Positions 56,746 to 64,000 of a DNA stretch of 64,000 bases are shown here, piece by piece. The notes under the pieces were generated by a model. It was not told the DNA's origin, made no database searches, and saw only the letters and a list, made by a program, of their open reading frames with translations. The position numbers and the translations under genes are program-made. Where the stretch lies: contig JAKFDA010000054.1 in the NCBI GenBank assembly GCA_036676355.1, positions 12,316 to 76,315 on the forward strand. The letters run 5' to 3'. The DNA is from Nitrosomonadales bacterium. GTDB lineage: Bacteria > Pseudomonadota > Gammaproteobacteria > Burkholderiales > SG8-39. Position 1 is the first letter of the stretch; each line of letters starts with the position of its first letter.

Positions 56746-59473
56746 GTCCGGGGAAAAACTCCTGCTGCTGGTCGACGGTTCGTCGTATTTGTATCGTGCG
56801 TTTCACGCACTACCAGATTTGCGCAATGGCGCGGGCGAGCCGACAGGTGCGATTTATGGCGTGCTGAACATGCTACGACGCCTGTTATCGGACTACAAGG
56901 CGGATTATCTTGCCTGCGTATTCGATCCGCGCGGCAAGACTTTTCGCGACGAACTGTACCCCGAATACAAGGCCAATCGCGCGTCGATGCCCGACGAACT
57001 CGGCATGCAGGTGGCGCCCCTGTTCGATGCGATCAAGGCGATGGGCTGGCCGCTCATCGTGATCGACGGCGTCGAAGCCGACGACGTCATCGGTACGCTG
57101 ACCAAGCATGCCTCGGCAAGCGGCGTGCGCACGGTCGTTTCCACCGGTGACAAGGACCTGGCGCAACTGGTCGACGGCCACGTCACGCTCGTCAACACGA
57201 TGAGCAACGAAAAGCTCGATGCGGCGGCGGTGCGGGCGAAGTTCGGCGTACCGCCGGAGCGCATGGTCGATTACCTCACGCTGGTCGGCGATGCCGTCGA
57301 TAACGTGCCGGGGGTTGAAAAGTGCGGGCCGAAGACCGCGGCGAAATGGATCACGGAATACGGTTCGCTCGATGGCGTCGTCGCCAATGCCGCGGGTATC
57401 AAAGGGGTGGTCGGCGAAAACCTGCGGCGCGCGCTCGACTGGCTGCCGAAGGGACGCGAACTCGTCACGGTGAAATGCGACGTCGAACTGCCCTTCGCGC
57501 TCGATACCCTGGTGTTGCAGCCGCGCGACAACGAGGCGCTGATCGCGTTGTTTCGACATTTCGGATTCAAGACGTGGTTGAAGGAAGCCGAGCGCGGCGC
57601 CGAGGCCGCCACGACGGCTGATCGTATGCAAATCGCATCGCCGCCGGCGCCGAAGGCGGACGATTTGCCGCGGCACTATGAGTTGCTGTTGAGCGAGGCC
57701 GATCTCGCGCCGTGGCTGGCGCGCCTCGATGCGGCCGAATGTGTGTCCTTCGATACGGAAACGACATCGCTCGATCCATCCGCGGCCCAGTTGGTCGGCA
57801 TATCGTTTTCCGTAGAGCCGGGCACGGCCGCTTACCTGGCTATCGATCATCGCTATACCGATGCGCCGCAACAATTGGGCGTCGCGCGCGCGCTCGAACT
57901 GTTGCGTCCGTGGCTGGAAAACCCGGCCAGGAAAAAACTCGGACAGAATCTCAAGTACGATCAGCATGTGCTTGCCAACCACGGCATCGCGTTGCGCGGC
58001 GTCGAGCACGACACGTTGCTGCAGCATTACGTGCTGGAAAGTCATCTGCGTCACGATCTCGATTCGCTCGCCGACCGCTATCTGGACGCGACCACGCTGA
58101 CCTACGACGAGGTGACCGGCAAAGGCGCGCAACGTATCGGCTTCGAAGAGGTCGATGTGCAGCGCGCGACCGAATATTCCGCCGAGGACGCGGATCTCGC
58201 CTTGCGCGTGCATCAGGTCATGCATCCGCAAATCATCGCTGATGCCAAACTCGAATTCGTTTATCGGCAGATCGAAATGCCCGTGCGCGAGGTGCTGTTC
58301 CGCATGGAACGCAACGGCGTACTGGTGGATGGCGCGCAACTTGACGTGCAAAGTCGCGAGCTCGGCCTCAAGATGCTCGAGCTGGAAGAGCGCGCCCATC
58401 GCGAAGCGGGGCAGCCGTTCAATCTCAACTCGCCCAAGCAGATTTGCGAAATTCTGTTCGAACGCCTGCAACTGCCGGTGGTAAAAAAAACGCCGAGCGG
58501 CTCGCCTTCCACGGACGAGGAAGTGCTGGAGAAACTTGCGCTCGACTATCCGCTACCGAAGACCTTGCTCGAATACCGTTCGCTCGCCAAACTGAAATCG
58601 ACCTACACCGACAAGCTGCCGCGCATGGTCAACGCGCGCACCGGTCGCGTGCATACCAACTACGGTCAGGCCACCGCGGTGACCGGTCGGTTGTCGTCGA
58701 ATGATCCGAATCTGCAGAACATTCCGGTGCGTAACGGCGAAGGACGGCGCATCCGCGAAGCGTTCATCGCGCCACCCGGGCATGTCATCGTCTCGGCCGA
58801 CTATTCGCAGATCGAATTGCGCATCATGGCGCACTTCTCGGGCGACGAAGGGCTGGTGCGCGCGTTCGCCGAAGGGCGCGACATCCATCGCGCGACCGCG
58901 GCCGAAGTGTTCGGCCGCCGGCTCGACGAGGTGAGCGCCGAAGAGCGTCGCTACGCCAAGGTCATCAACTTCGGCCTGATTTACGGCATGTCCGCTTTCG
59001 GTCTGGCGCAGAACCTCGGCATCGAGCGCGCCACGGCGCAGGTGTATATCGACAGTTATTTCGCGCGCTATCCCGGCGTCGCGCGTTACATGGAGCAGAC
59101 GCGACAACTGGCGCGCGAACAGGGCTTCGTCGAAACCGTCTTCGGTCGTCGTTTGTGGTTACCGGAAATTCGCGGCGGCAGTGGCCCGCGCCGCGCCGGC
59201 GCGGAACGCGCGGCCATCAACGCGCCGATGCAGGGGACCGCCGCCGATCTCATCAAACTTGCCATGATTCGTGTGCAGGACTGGCTGGATCGTGAATCGA
59301 TGGCGACCAAGCTGATCATGCAGGTGCACGACGAACTCGTGCTGGAAGCGCCACAGGCGGAACTCGAACGCGTAAGACTCGAGCTCCCCGGATTGATGAA
59401 CGGCGTCGCGCAACTGAAAGTGCCGCTCAGCGTGGAAGTTGGTTTCGGGCCGAACTGGGAACAGGCGCACTGA
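56744..59473 (+). CDS. polA: DNA polymerase I
   Basis: Start at MSGEKLLLLVDGSSYLYRAFHALP (5'-nuclease domain). It has a 3'-5' exonuclease region and polymerase motifs DYSQIELRIMAH and QVHDELVLEA. Confidence 0.95.
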   Translation: MSGEKLLLLVDGSSYLYRAFHALPDLRNGAGEPTGAIYGVLNMLRRLLSDYKADYLACVFDPRGKTFRDELYPEYKANRASMPDELGMQVAPLFDAIKAMGWPLIVIDGVEADDVIGTLTKHASASGVRTVVSTGDKDLAQLVDGHVTLVNTMSNEKLDAAAVRAKFGVPPERMVDYLTLVGDAVDNVPGVEKCGPKTAAKWITEYGSLDGVVANAAGIKGVVGENLRRALDWLPKGRELVTVKCDVELPFALDTLVLQPRDNEALIALFRHFGFKTWLKEAERGAEAATTADRMQIASPPAPKADDLPRHYELLLSEADLAPWLARLDAAECVSFDTETTSLDPSAAQLVGISFSVEPGTAAYLAIDHRYTDAPQQLGVARALELLRPWLENPARKKLGQNLKYDQHVLANHGIALRGVEHDTLLQHYVLESHLRHDLDSLADRYLDATTLTYDEVTGKGAQRIGFEEVDVQRATEYSAEDADLALRVHQVMHPQIIADAKLEFVYRQIEMPVREVLFRMERNGVLVDGAQLDVQSRELGLKMLELEERAHREAGQPFNLNSPKQICEILFERLQLPVVKKTPSGSPSTDEEVLEKLALDYPLPKTLLEYRSLAKLKSTYTDKLPRMVNARTGRVHTNYGQATAVTGRLSSNDPNLQNIPVRNGEGRRIREAFIAPPGHVIVSADYSQIELRIMAHFSGDEGLVRAFAEGRDIHRATAAEVFGRRLDEVSAEERRYAKVINFGLIYGMSAFGLAQNLGIERATAQVYIDSYFARYPGVARYMEQTRQLAREQGFVETVFGRRLWLPEIRGGSGPRRAGAERAAINAPMQGTAADLIKLAMIRVQDWLDRESMATKLIMQVHDELVLEAPQAELERVRLELPGLMNGVAQLKVPLSVEVGFGPNWEQAH

Positions 59474-59495
59474 TCACAAAGCCTGCGCGCCCCGA

Positions 59496-60185
59496 TCAAT
59501 ACTTCAACGCACCGAAGACTTTCTTGGCGATGCTGGTTGCCGCCGTAGCCGGATTTTTGCGTATCGCGTGTTCCTGTTCGGCAATCACGGTGAACAGACC
59601 GTCAAGCGCTTTGCTCGTCACGTAACTGTCGAGGTTGGCGTCTTTCTCGTCGATCAGACCGAATTGCGACGCCTGACCGGCAAAGCGATTGTACTGTTCG
59701 GCGAGTTGCACTTTGGCGGTGGCCTGCTTGACGATCGGCAGAAAACGTTCGGTCAGCGCGTCCGACGTTGTGCGGCGGAAATACTGCGTTGCGGCGTCGC
59801 TCGGGCCGCTGAGTATCTGCTTGGCGTCGCTGACCGACATTTTCTTCACCGAGTCGACCAGCAGCGGGGTCGCTTCCTTAACCGCCATTTCCGCCGCGCG
59901 GTTCATCGCCGTGCGTAGATCGTCGGCTTGCTGTCCCATCCCCATCATGCGCAAGCCGCCCTCGATACGTGCGAGCGAATCGGGCAGCGGGATGCGCACT
60001 TTCTCGTTGTCGAGAAAACCGCCCGGCGCCGAGAGTTGCGCGACGGCGGCGCGCGAACCCTGCACCAGCGCATCCTTCAGACCGCTGGTCGCCTCGCTGC
60101 GGCTCAGGTCATTCAGGCCGATGGCCCAGCATGGCGCCGCAAGCATGAATGCCGCTGCGCCGAGCATGAAGTTTCTACGCTGCAT
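59496..60185 (-). CDS. DUF4197 family periplasmic protein (Tat-like signal)
   Basis: Start at [21 protein letters not shown]. The family call is from memory of this conserved ~230-aa protein. Confidence 0.6.
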   Translation of the reverse strand: MQRRNFMLGAAAFMLAAPCWAIGLNDLSRSEATSGLKDALVQGSRAAVAQLSAPGGFLDNEKVRIPLPDSLARIEGGLRMMGMGQQADDLRTAMNRAAEMAVKEATPLLVDSVKKMSVSDAKQILSGPSDAATQYFRRTTSDALTERFLPIVKQATAKVQLAEQYNRFAGQASQFGLIDEKDANLDSYVTSKALDGLFTVIAEQEHAIRKNPATAATSIAKKVFGALKY

Positions 60186-61140
60186 GATCGGGTTCTCCGA
60201 CCGCAATGCCGGCATCATGCGCCTGCTGATCCGCGTGGTAGCTGGAGCGAACCATCGGGCCGATGGCGGCATGGGCAAAGCCGAGCTGTTTCGCTTCCCG
60301 CTCGAACGCCGCGAAAGTTTCCAGTGGCGCATAGCGCAGCACTGGCAAATGATGCACCGAAGGTTGCAGATACTGGCCGATGGTCAACATGTCCACATCG
60401 TGCGCGCGCAGATCGCGCATCACCTGCACGATTTCCTCGTCCGTTTCGCCGAGTCCCAACATCAGCCCGGACTTGGTCGGCACTTGCGGATGGCGCGCCT
60501 TGAATTCCTGCAGCAGCTTGAGCGAATGCGCGTAGTCCGAGCCGGGTCGCGCCTGCTTATATAAGCGCGGTACGGTTTCGAGATTGTGATTCATCACATC
60601 GGGCGGCGCGGCGCACAGAATTTCCAGCGCGCGATCGAGGCGACCGCGAAAATCGGGCACCAGTACTTCGATGCGCGTGCGCGGCGAATGCTCGCGCACG
60701 GCGCGTATGCAATCGACGAAGTGCTGTGCGCCGCCGTCGCGCAGATCGTCGCGGTCCACGCTGGTGATGACGACATAGGAGAGTCGCAGCGCGGCGATCG
60801 TTCTGGCCAGATGCAGCGGCTCCTCTGCGTCGAGCGGCAGTGGCCGTCCATGTCCCACATCGCAGAAGGGACAGCGGCGGGTGCAGACGTCGCCCATGAT
60901 CATGAACGTCGCGGTGCCGTGGCCGAAGCATTCGCCGATGTTCGGGCAGGAGGCTTCTTCGCAGACCGTGTGCAGCTTGTTCTCGCGTAGGATGTGCTTG
61001 ATTTCGTGGAAACGCGAGTTATCGTGCGGCGCGCGCACGCGAATCCAGGACGGCTTGGGCAGCTTTTCCTGCGGCACGATCTTGATGGGAATGCGCGCGG
61101 TTTTCTGCTTGCCCTTGTGTTTGACGCCTGGTTCGTTCAT
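60175..61140 (-). CDS. lipA: Lipoyl synthase
   Basis: It contains the auxiliary cluster motif [12 protein letters not shown] and the radical-SAM motif CTRRCPFC. Confidence 0.95.
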   Translation of the reverse strand: MNEPGVKHKGKQKTARIPIKIVPQEKLPKPSWIRVRAPHDNSRFHEIKHILRENKLHTVCEEASCPNIGECFGHGTATFMIMGDVCTRRCPFCDVGHGRPLPLDAEEPLHLARTIAALRLSYVVITSVDRDDLRDGGAQHFVDCIRAVREHSPRTRIEVLVPDFRGRLDRALEILCAAPPDVMNHNLETVPRLYKQARPGSDYAHSLKLLQEFKARHPQVPTKSGLMLGLGETDEEIVQVMRDLRAHDVDMLTIGQYLQPSVHHLPVLRYAPLETFAAFEREAKQLGFAHAAIGPMVRSSYHADQQAHDAGIAVGEPDHAA

Positions 61141-61832
61141 CGCTGCATGCTTGCGGGTGGGGCTTCCAGTGTATCAATTCGGGCCGATGCAAGTCGCGCG
61201 TCGATGCAATGCGCGAACCGATCGCCGACTTCGCCGATGCCGGCGCGCACGCCCAGATCAGCCAATTGGGTGACCCGCAAACCCTCATAACCGCAGGGGT
61301 TTATGTTGTCGAATGGCGCGAGATCCATATCGACATTCAGCGCGATGCCGTGATAGCAGCGCCCGTTGCGGATGCGCAAACCCAGTGCGGCAATCTTGGC
61401 ATCGTCGACGTAAACGCCCGGTGCGCCGGGCCGTCGCGCGCCGGCGATATGGAAGCTGCCCAGCAGATCGATGGCCGCTTGCTCGATGCGGCGCACCAGT
61501 CCCGATACGGTCAGATCGCGCCGGCGCAGATCAAGCAGAAGATAAGCGACCAACTGTCCCGGACCGTGATAGGTGATTTGCCCGCCGCGATCGATGTGAA
61601 TCACCGGAATGTCGGTCGCGCGCAGCAGATGTTCCGGTTTGCCGGCTTGCCCGAGCGTGTAGACCGGCGGATGCTCGACTAGCCACAGTTCGTCCTTGCT
61701 CGAGGCAGAGCGCGCGGCGGTGTGCCGGCGCATGTCGTCGTAGCACTGCTGGTAATCGATACACCCCAGTCGGCGGATCTCGAGGTCTTGTGTCGATGTC
61801 GCTTGCGCGACGGCGGTGACGACGGCGCTCAC
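61137..61832 (-). CDS. lipB: Octanoyltransferase (lipoate-protein ligase B)
   Basis: It contains the motifs [23 protein letters not shown] and [12 protein letters not shown]. The start is taken at the GTG that overlaps the ybeD stop (GTGA at 61829-32); the ORF opens at ATG 61862. Confidence 0.88.
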   Translation of the reverse strand: MSAVVTAVAQATSTQDLEIRRLGCIDYQQCYDDMRRHTAARSASSKDELWLVEHPPVYTLGQAGKPEHLLRATDIPVIHIDRGGQITYHGPGQLVAYLLLDLRRRDLTVSGLVRRIEQAAIDLLGSFHIAGARRPGAPGVYVDDAKIAALGLRIRNGRCYHGIALNVDMDLAPFDNINPCGYEGLRVTQLADLGVRAGIGEVGDRFAHCIDARLASARIDTLEAPPASMQR

Positions 61833-62101
61833 AGAACCATGGTCACCATGGGGTGATCGCACAACTCCTGGTACACCTGATCGAGATGTTCCTGCGACTT
61901 GGCGTGGACCGTGACGGTCAGACTGAGGTAGTTGCCTTCGCGGCTGGGGCGCATCTCTACGGATGCGGGGTCGAATTCGGGATCGTGTCGCTGCACGATT
62001 TCGAGCACGACCTGCGCAAAGCCGCTTTGCGTGCGGCCCATCACCTTGATTGGGAACGCGCAGGGAAATTCGATCAGGGATTGCTGCAAGTCTTCAGCCA
62101 T
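61829..62101 (-). CDS. ybeD: YbeD/DUF493 family protein
   Basis: The start is taken at MAEDLQQSLIEFPCAFPIKVMG, which carries the FPCxFxxKVMG motif of DUF493. Confidence 0.82.
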   Translation of the reverse strand: MAEDLQQSLIEFPCAFPIKVMGRTQSGFAQVVLEIVQRHDPEFDPASVEMRPSREGNYLSLTVTVHAKSQEHLDQVYQELCDHPMVTMVL

Positions 62102-62951
62102 GTCGGATTCGCCCCTTGTAGTCCTGATACAACCCGTACACCGTGCCATAAACCGGCCCCGGTACACCCTCGCCTACCGGCATACCGTCGACCGTCGTGA
62201 CCGGCACGACTTCGCGAATGGAGGACGACAGCCAGATTTCGTCCGCGGCATACAACTCCGCTACGGAAATTTCGCGCACTTCGAAGGGTAGCTCATCGGC
62301 CTTGGCCAACTCGAACACGAGATCGTACGTGATGCCCGGCAGAATGAGATTGTCCTTTGGCGGCGCGATGATGACATCATTCTTGACGATGAACACATTG
62401 CTGCTCGAGGCTTCCGTCACTTTGCCGTTACGCAGCAGGATCACTTCGTCGCAGCCCGCTTCCACCGCTTCCTGGCGCAGCAGGCAGTTGGCGATCAACG
62501 ACGTGGTTTTGATGTCGCAGCGCAGCCAGCGGTAGTCCTCGCGCGTGATGATTTTGAAACCGGCCTTGCGCTGCTCGTCGGCCGGACTGCGCAGCTCGCT
62601 GCTCATGATCAGCACGGTCGGCGGAACGGGAGGCGATGGGAACGGCTGATCGCGCCGCGCTACGCCGCGCGATACTTGCAGATACACGGTTTGATCGGGC
62701 CATGGATTTCTATCCACGATCGCTTCGAGCAGTTCGGTCCAGCGTGCCGTGTCGTGCGGGTCGGCTATTCCGACACTGCCAAGGCTGTAGCGCAATCGCG
62801 CGAGATGTTCCTTCAAGCGGAACAGCGTGCGCGCATAAGCCGGCATGATTTCGTAGACACTGTCTCCGAGCATGAAGCCGCGGTCGAGGACCGAAACCTT
62901 CGCCGCTGACAGGGGAACGAACTCACCGTTGAGATAAACCGTTTCGCCCAC
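62094..62951 (-). CDS. dat: Class IV aminotransferase, probably D-amino-acid aminotransferase
   Basis: GTG start. It has a fold-type IV pattern (DRGFMLGDSVYE, ...LPGITY...). The dacC-dat-ybeD-lipB-lipA context supports the call. It cannot be distinguished from branched-chain aminotransferase by eye. Confidence 0.7.
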   Translation of the reverse strand: MGETVYLNGEFVPLSAAKVSVLDRGFMLGDSVYEIMPAYARTLFRLKEHLARLRYSLGSVGIADPHDTARWTELLEAIVDRNPWPDQTVYLQVSRGVARRDQPFPSPPVPPTVLIMSSELRSPADEQRKAGFKIITREDYRWLRCDIKTTSLIANCLLRQEAVEAGCDEVILLRNGKVTEASSSNVFIVKNDVIIAPPKDNLILPGITYDLVFELAKADELPFEVREISVAELYAADEIWLSSSIREVVPVTTVDGMPVGEGVPGPVYGTVYGLYQDYKGRIRHG

Positions 62952-63017
62952 CGTGTTCTCCAGAGGAACACCGTCGGACCGAAGACGCGGGTGAACGATC
63001 CCCGTCCGACGAATCGC

Positions 63018-64000
63018 CTACTTAAGCCATAGTCGCATGGTATCCCAGATGCGGCCGAAGAAGCCCGCCGCGGGTACGTTGTCCAAAGCGACGATGGGAT
63101 ATTCGCCGACCTGCTTGCCTTCCAGCGTGACGCGCACCACGCCGACTTCCTGACCTGCGGCGATCGGTGCCATCAGCGGTTGCCGCGACACGAGTTCTGC
63201 CTTGAGTTTCTGCGCGTCGTCGCGCGGCAGCGTAAGGTAAAGATCGTGGCCCGGGCCCGCCTTGACGCTTTCCTCGGCGCCCTTCCACACCTTCAGGGTA
63301 CTGACGGTCTGGCCTTTCTGATAGATGCGCACGCTGTCGTAGAACTGAAAGCCGTAGTTCAGCAGTTTCTGGCTTTCCTGCGCGCGTGCGCTTTCTGAGG
63401 ATGTACCCATCACGACTGAAATCAGTCGTCGCGGTCCACGCTTGGCCGAGGCAACCAGACAGTAGCCGGCGGCCTCGGTGTGGCCGGTCTTCGCGCCGTC
63501 GACGTAAGGATCGAGCCAGAGCAGCCGATTGCGGTTCTGCTGCGTGATGTTGTTGTAGCGATATTCGCGCACCGCGTAGATGGCGTAGTGCTCGGGATGC
63601 TCGCGGATCATCGCCGCGGTGAGCAACGCGAGGTCGTGCGCGCTCGAGTAATGATTCGCATCCGGCCAGCCGGTGGAATTGGTGAAATGGGTATTCTTCA
63701 TGCCCAGACGCTGAGCTTCGCGGTTCATCATCTGCGCGAACACTTCTTCCGAGCCGCCGAGCAATTCGGCCAGCGCTATGGTTGCATCGTTACCCGATTG
63801 CACGATCGATCCGTAGAGCAATTCCTTCACCGTTACCGGCTTGCGTGGTTCGATGAACATACGCGAACCGCCCGATTTCCAGGCGTGCTCCGAAACCGGC
63901 ACCACCTGATCGGGCTGAATCTGTTTTTTGTCCAGCGCCTGAGCGACCAGGTAGGCGGTCATCAGCTTGGTCAGCGATGCGGGTTCGGCGCGCTCGTCGG
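63018..64000 (-). CDS. D-alanyl-D-alanine carboxypeptidase (PBP5/6 class), 5' end outside the window
   Basis: The reading frame continues past the ATG at 63962 to the window edge. Upstream codons read DERAEPASLTKLM, giving the SxxK active site (SLTK). SGN (VQSGND) and KTG (AKTGHT) motifs are also present. Confidence 0.88.
   Translation of the reverse strand, partial: DERAEPASLTKLMTAYLVAQALDKKQIQPDQVVPVSEHAWKSGGSRMFIEPRKPVTVKELLYGSIVQSGNDATIALAELLGGSEEVFAQMMNREAQRLGMKNTHFTNSTGWPDANHYSSAHDLALLTAAMIREHPEHYAIYAVREYRYNNITQQNRNRLLWLDPYVDGAKTGHTEAAGYCLVASAKRGPRRLISVVMGTSSESARAQESQKLLNYGFQFYDSVRIYQKGQTVSTLKVWKGAEESVKAGPGHDLYLTLPRDDAQKLKAELVSRQPLMAPIAAGQEVGVVRVTLEGKQVGEYPIVALDNVPAAGFFGRIWDTMRLWLK

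Noticed and set aside
56885-58471. A 528-aa ORF antisense to polA.
   Set aside because: This is the same high-GC shadow-ORF artefact. polA on the + strand has unambiguous polymerase motifs, and the antisense product has none.
1-64000. A search of the whole window for mobile elements, integrases, tRNA/rRNA genes, toxin-antitoxin pairs or defence systems.
   Set aside because: None were recognised. Every sizeable ORF is accounted for by conserved housekeeping or envelope genes. Intergenic gaps are 366 bp or shorter. I noticed no flanking direct repeats and no compositional break by eye, although this was not computed.

Overview
This is a high-GC (~63%), gene-dense chromosomal segment with about 65 protein-coding genes. 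I recognised no rRNA, tRNA, CRISPR array, integrase, transposase or prophage signature. Gene content and synteny look like core Betaproteobacteria (Rhodocyclales/Burkholderiales-like); that is recollection, not a search. Supporting gene orders are aroQ-accB, hemL-thiE-thiD, rubredoxin-pilGHIJ-chpA-yqgE-ruvX-pyrR-pyrB-pyrC', and dacC-dat-ybeD-lipB-lipA. Main blocks: a Pil-Chp type IV pilus chemosensory cluster (16.6-25.8 kb) and pilT/pilU; pyrimidine genes; a ubiquinone operon (DUF971-ubiE-Tim44-ubiJ-DUF2238-ubiB); phoBR; polA; and lipAB. Many adjacent genes overlap by ATGA/GTGA, which suggests translational coupling. I found no defence island or mobile element, so most of the window is housekeeping. 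Seven items seem most worth a second look. (1) The pilU/methyltransferase junction is filled by an 82-nt T-free purine-rich tandem repeat. (2) An orphan PEP-CTERM (THxN-like) secreted protein has a textbook dyad-IHF-sigma54 promoter architecture. (3) The pilJ-chpA spacer is highly structured, in a cluster lacking pilK/chpB. (4) A tandem rubredoxin duplication sits directly upstream of pilG. (5) An uncharacterised 531-aa protein carries PilZ-like RxxxR and DxSxxG motifs. (6) A Pol-beta-type nucleotidyltransferase-motif protein overlaps a TlpA-like thioredoxin gene. (7) The phoB-phoR spacer is unusually long and contains a tandem TGACGTCT. All family assignments come from motifs read in the translations and from memory, and no searches were run. 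The long antisense ORFs in the track are treated as high-GC artefacts.
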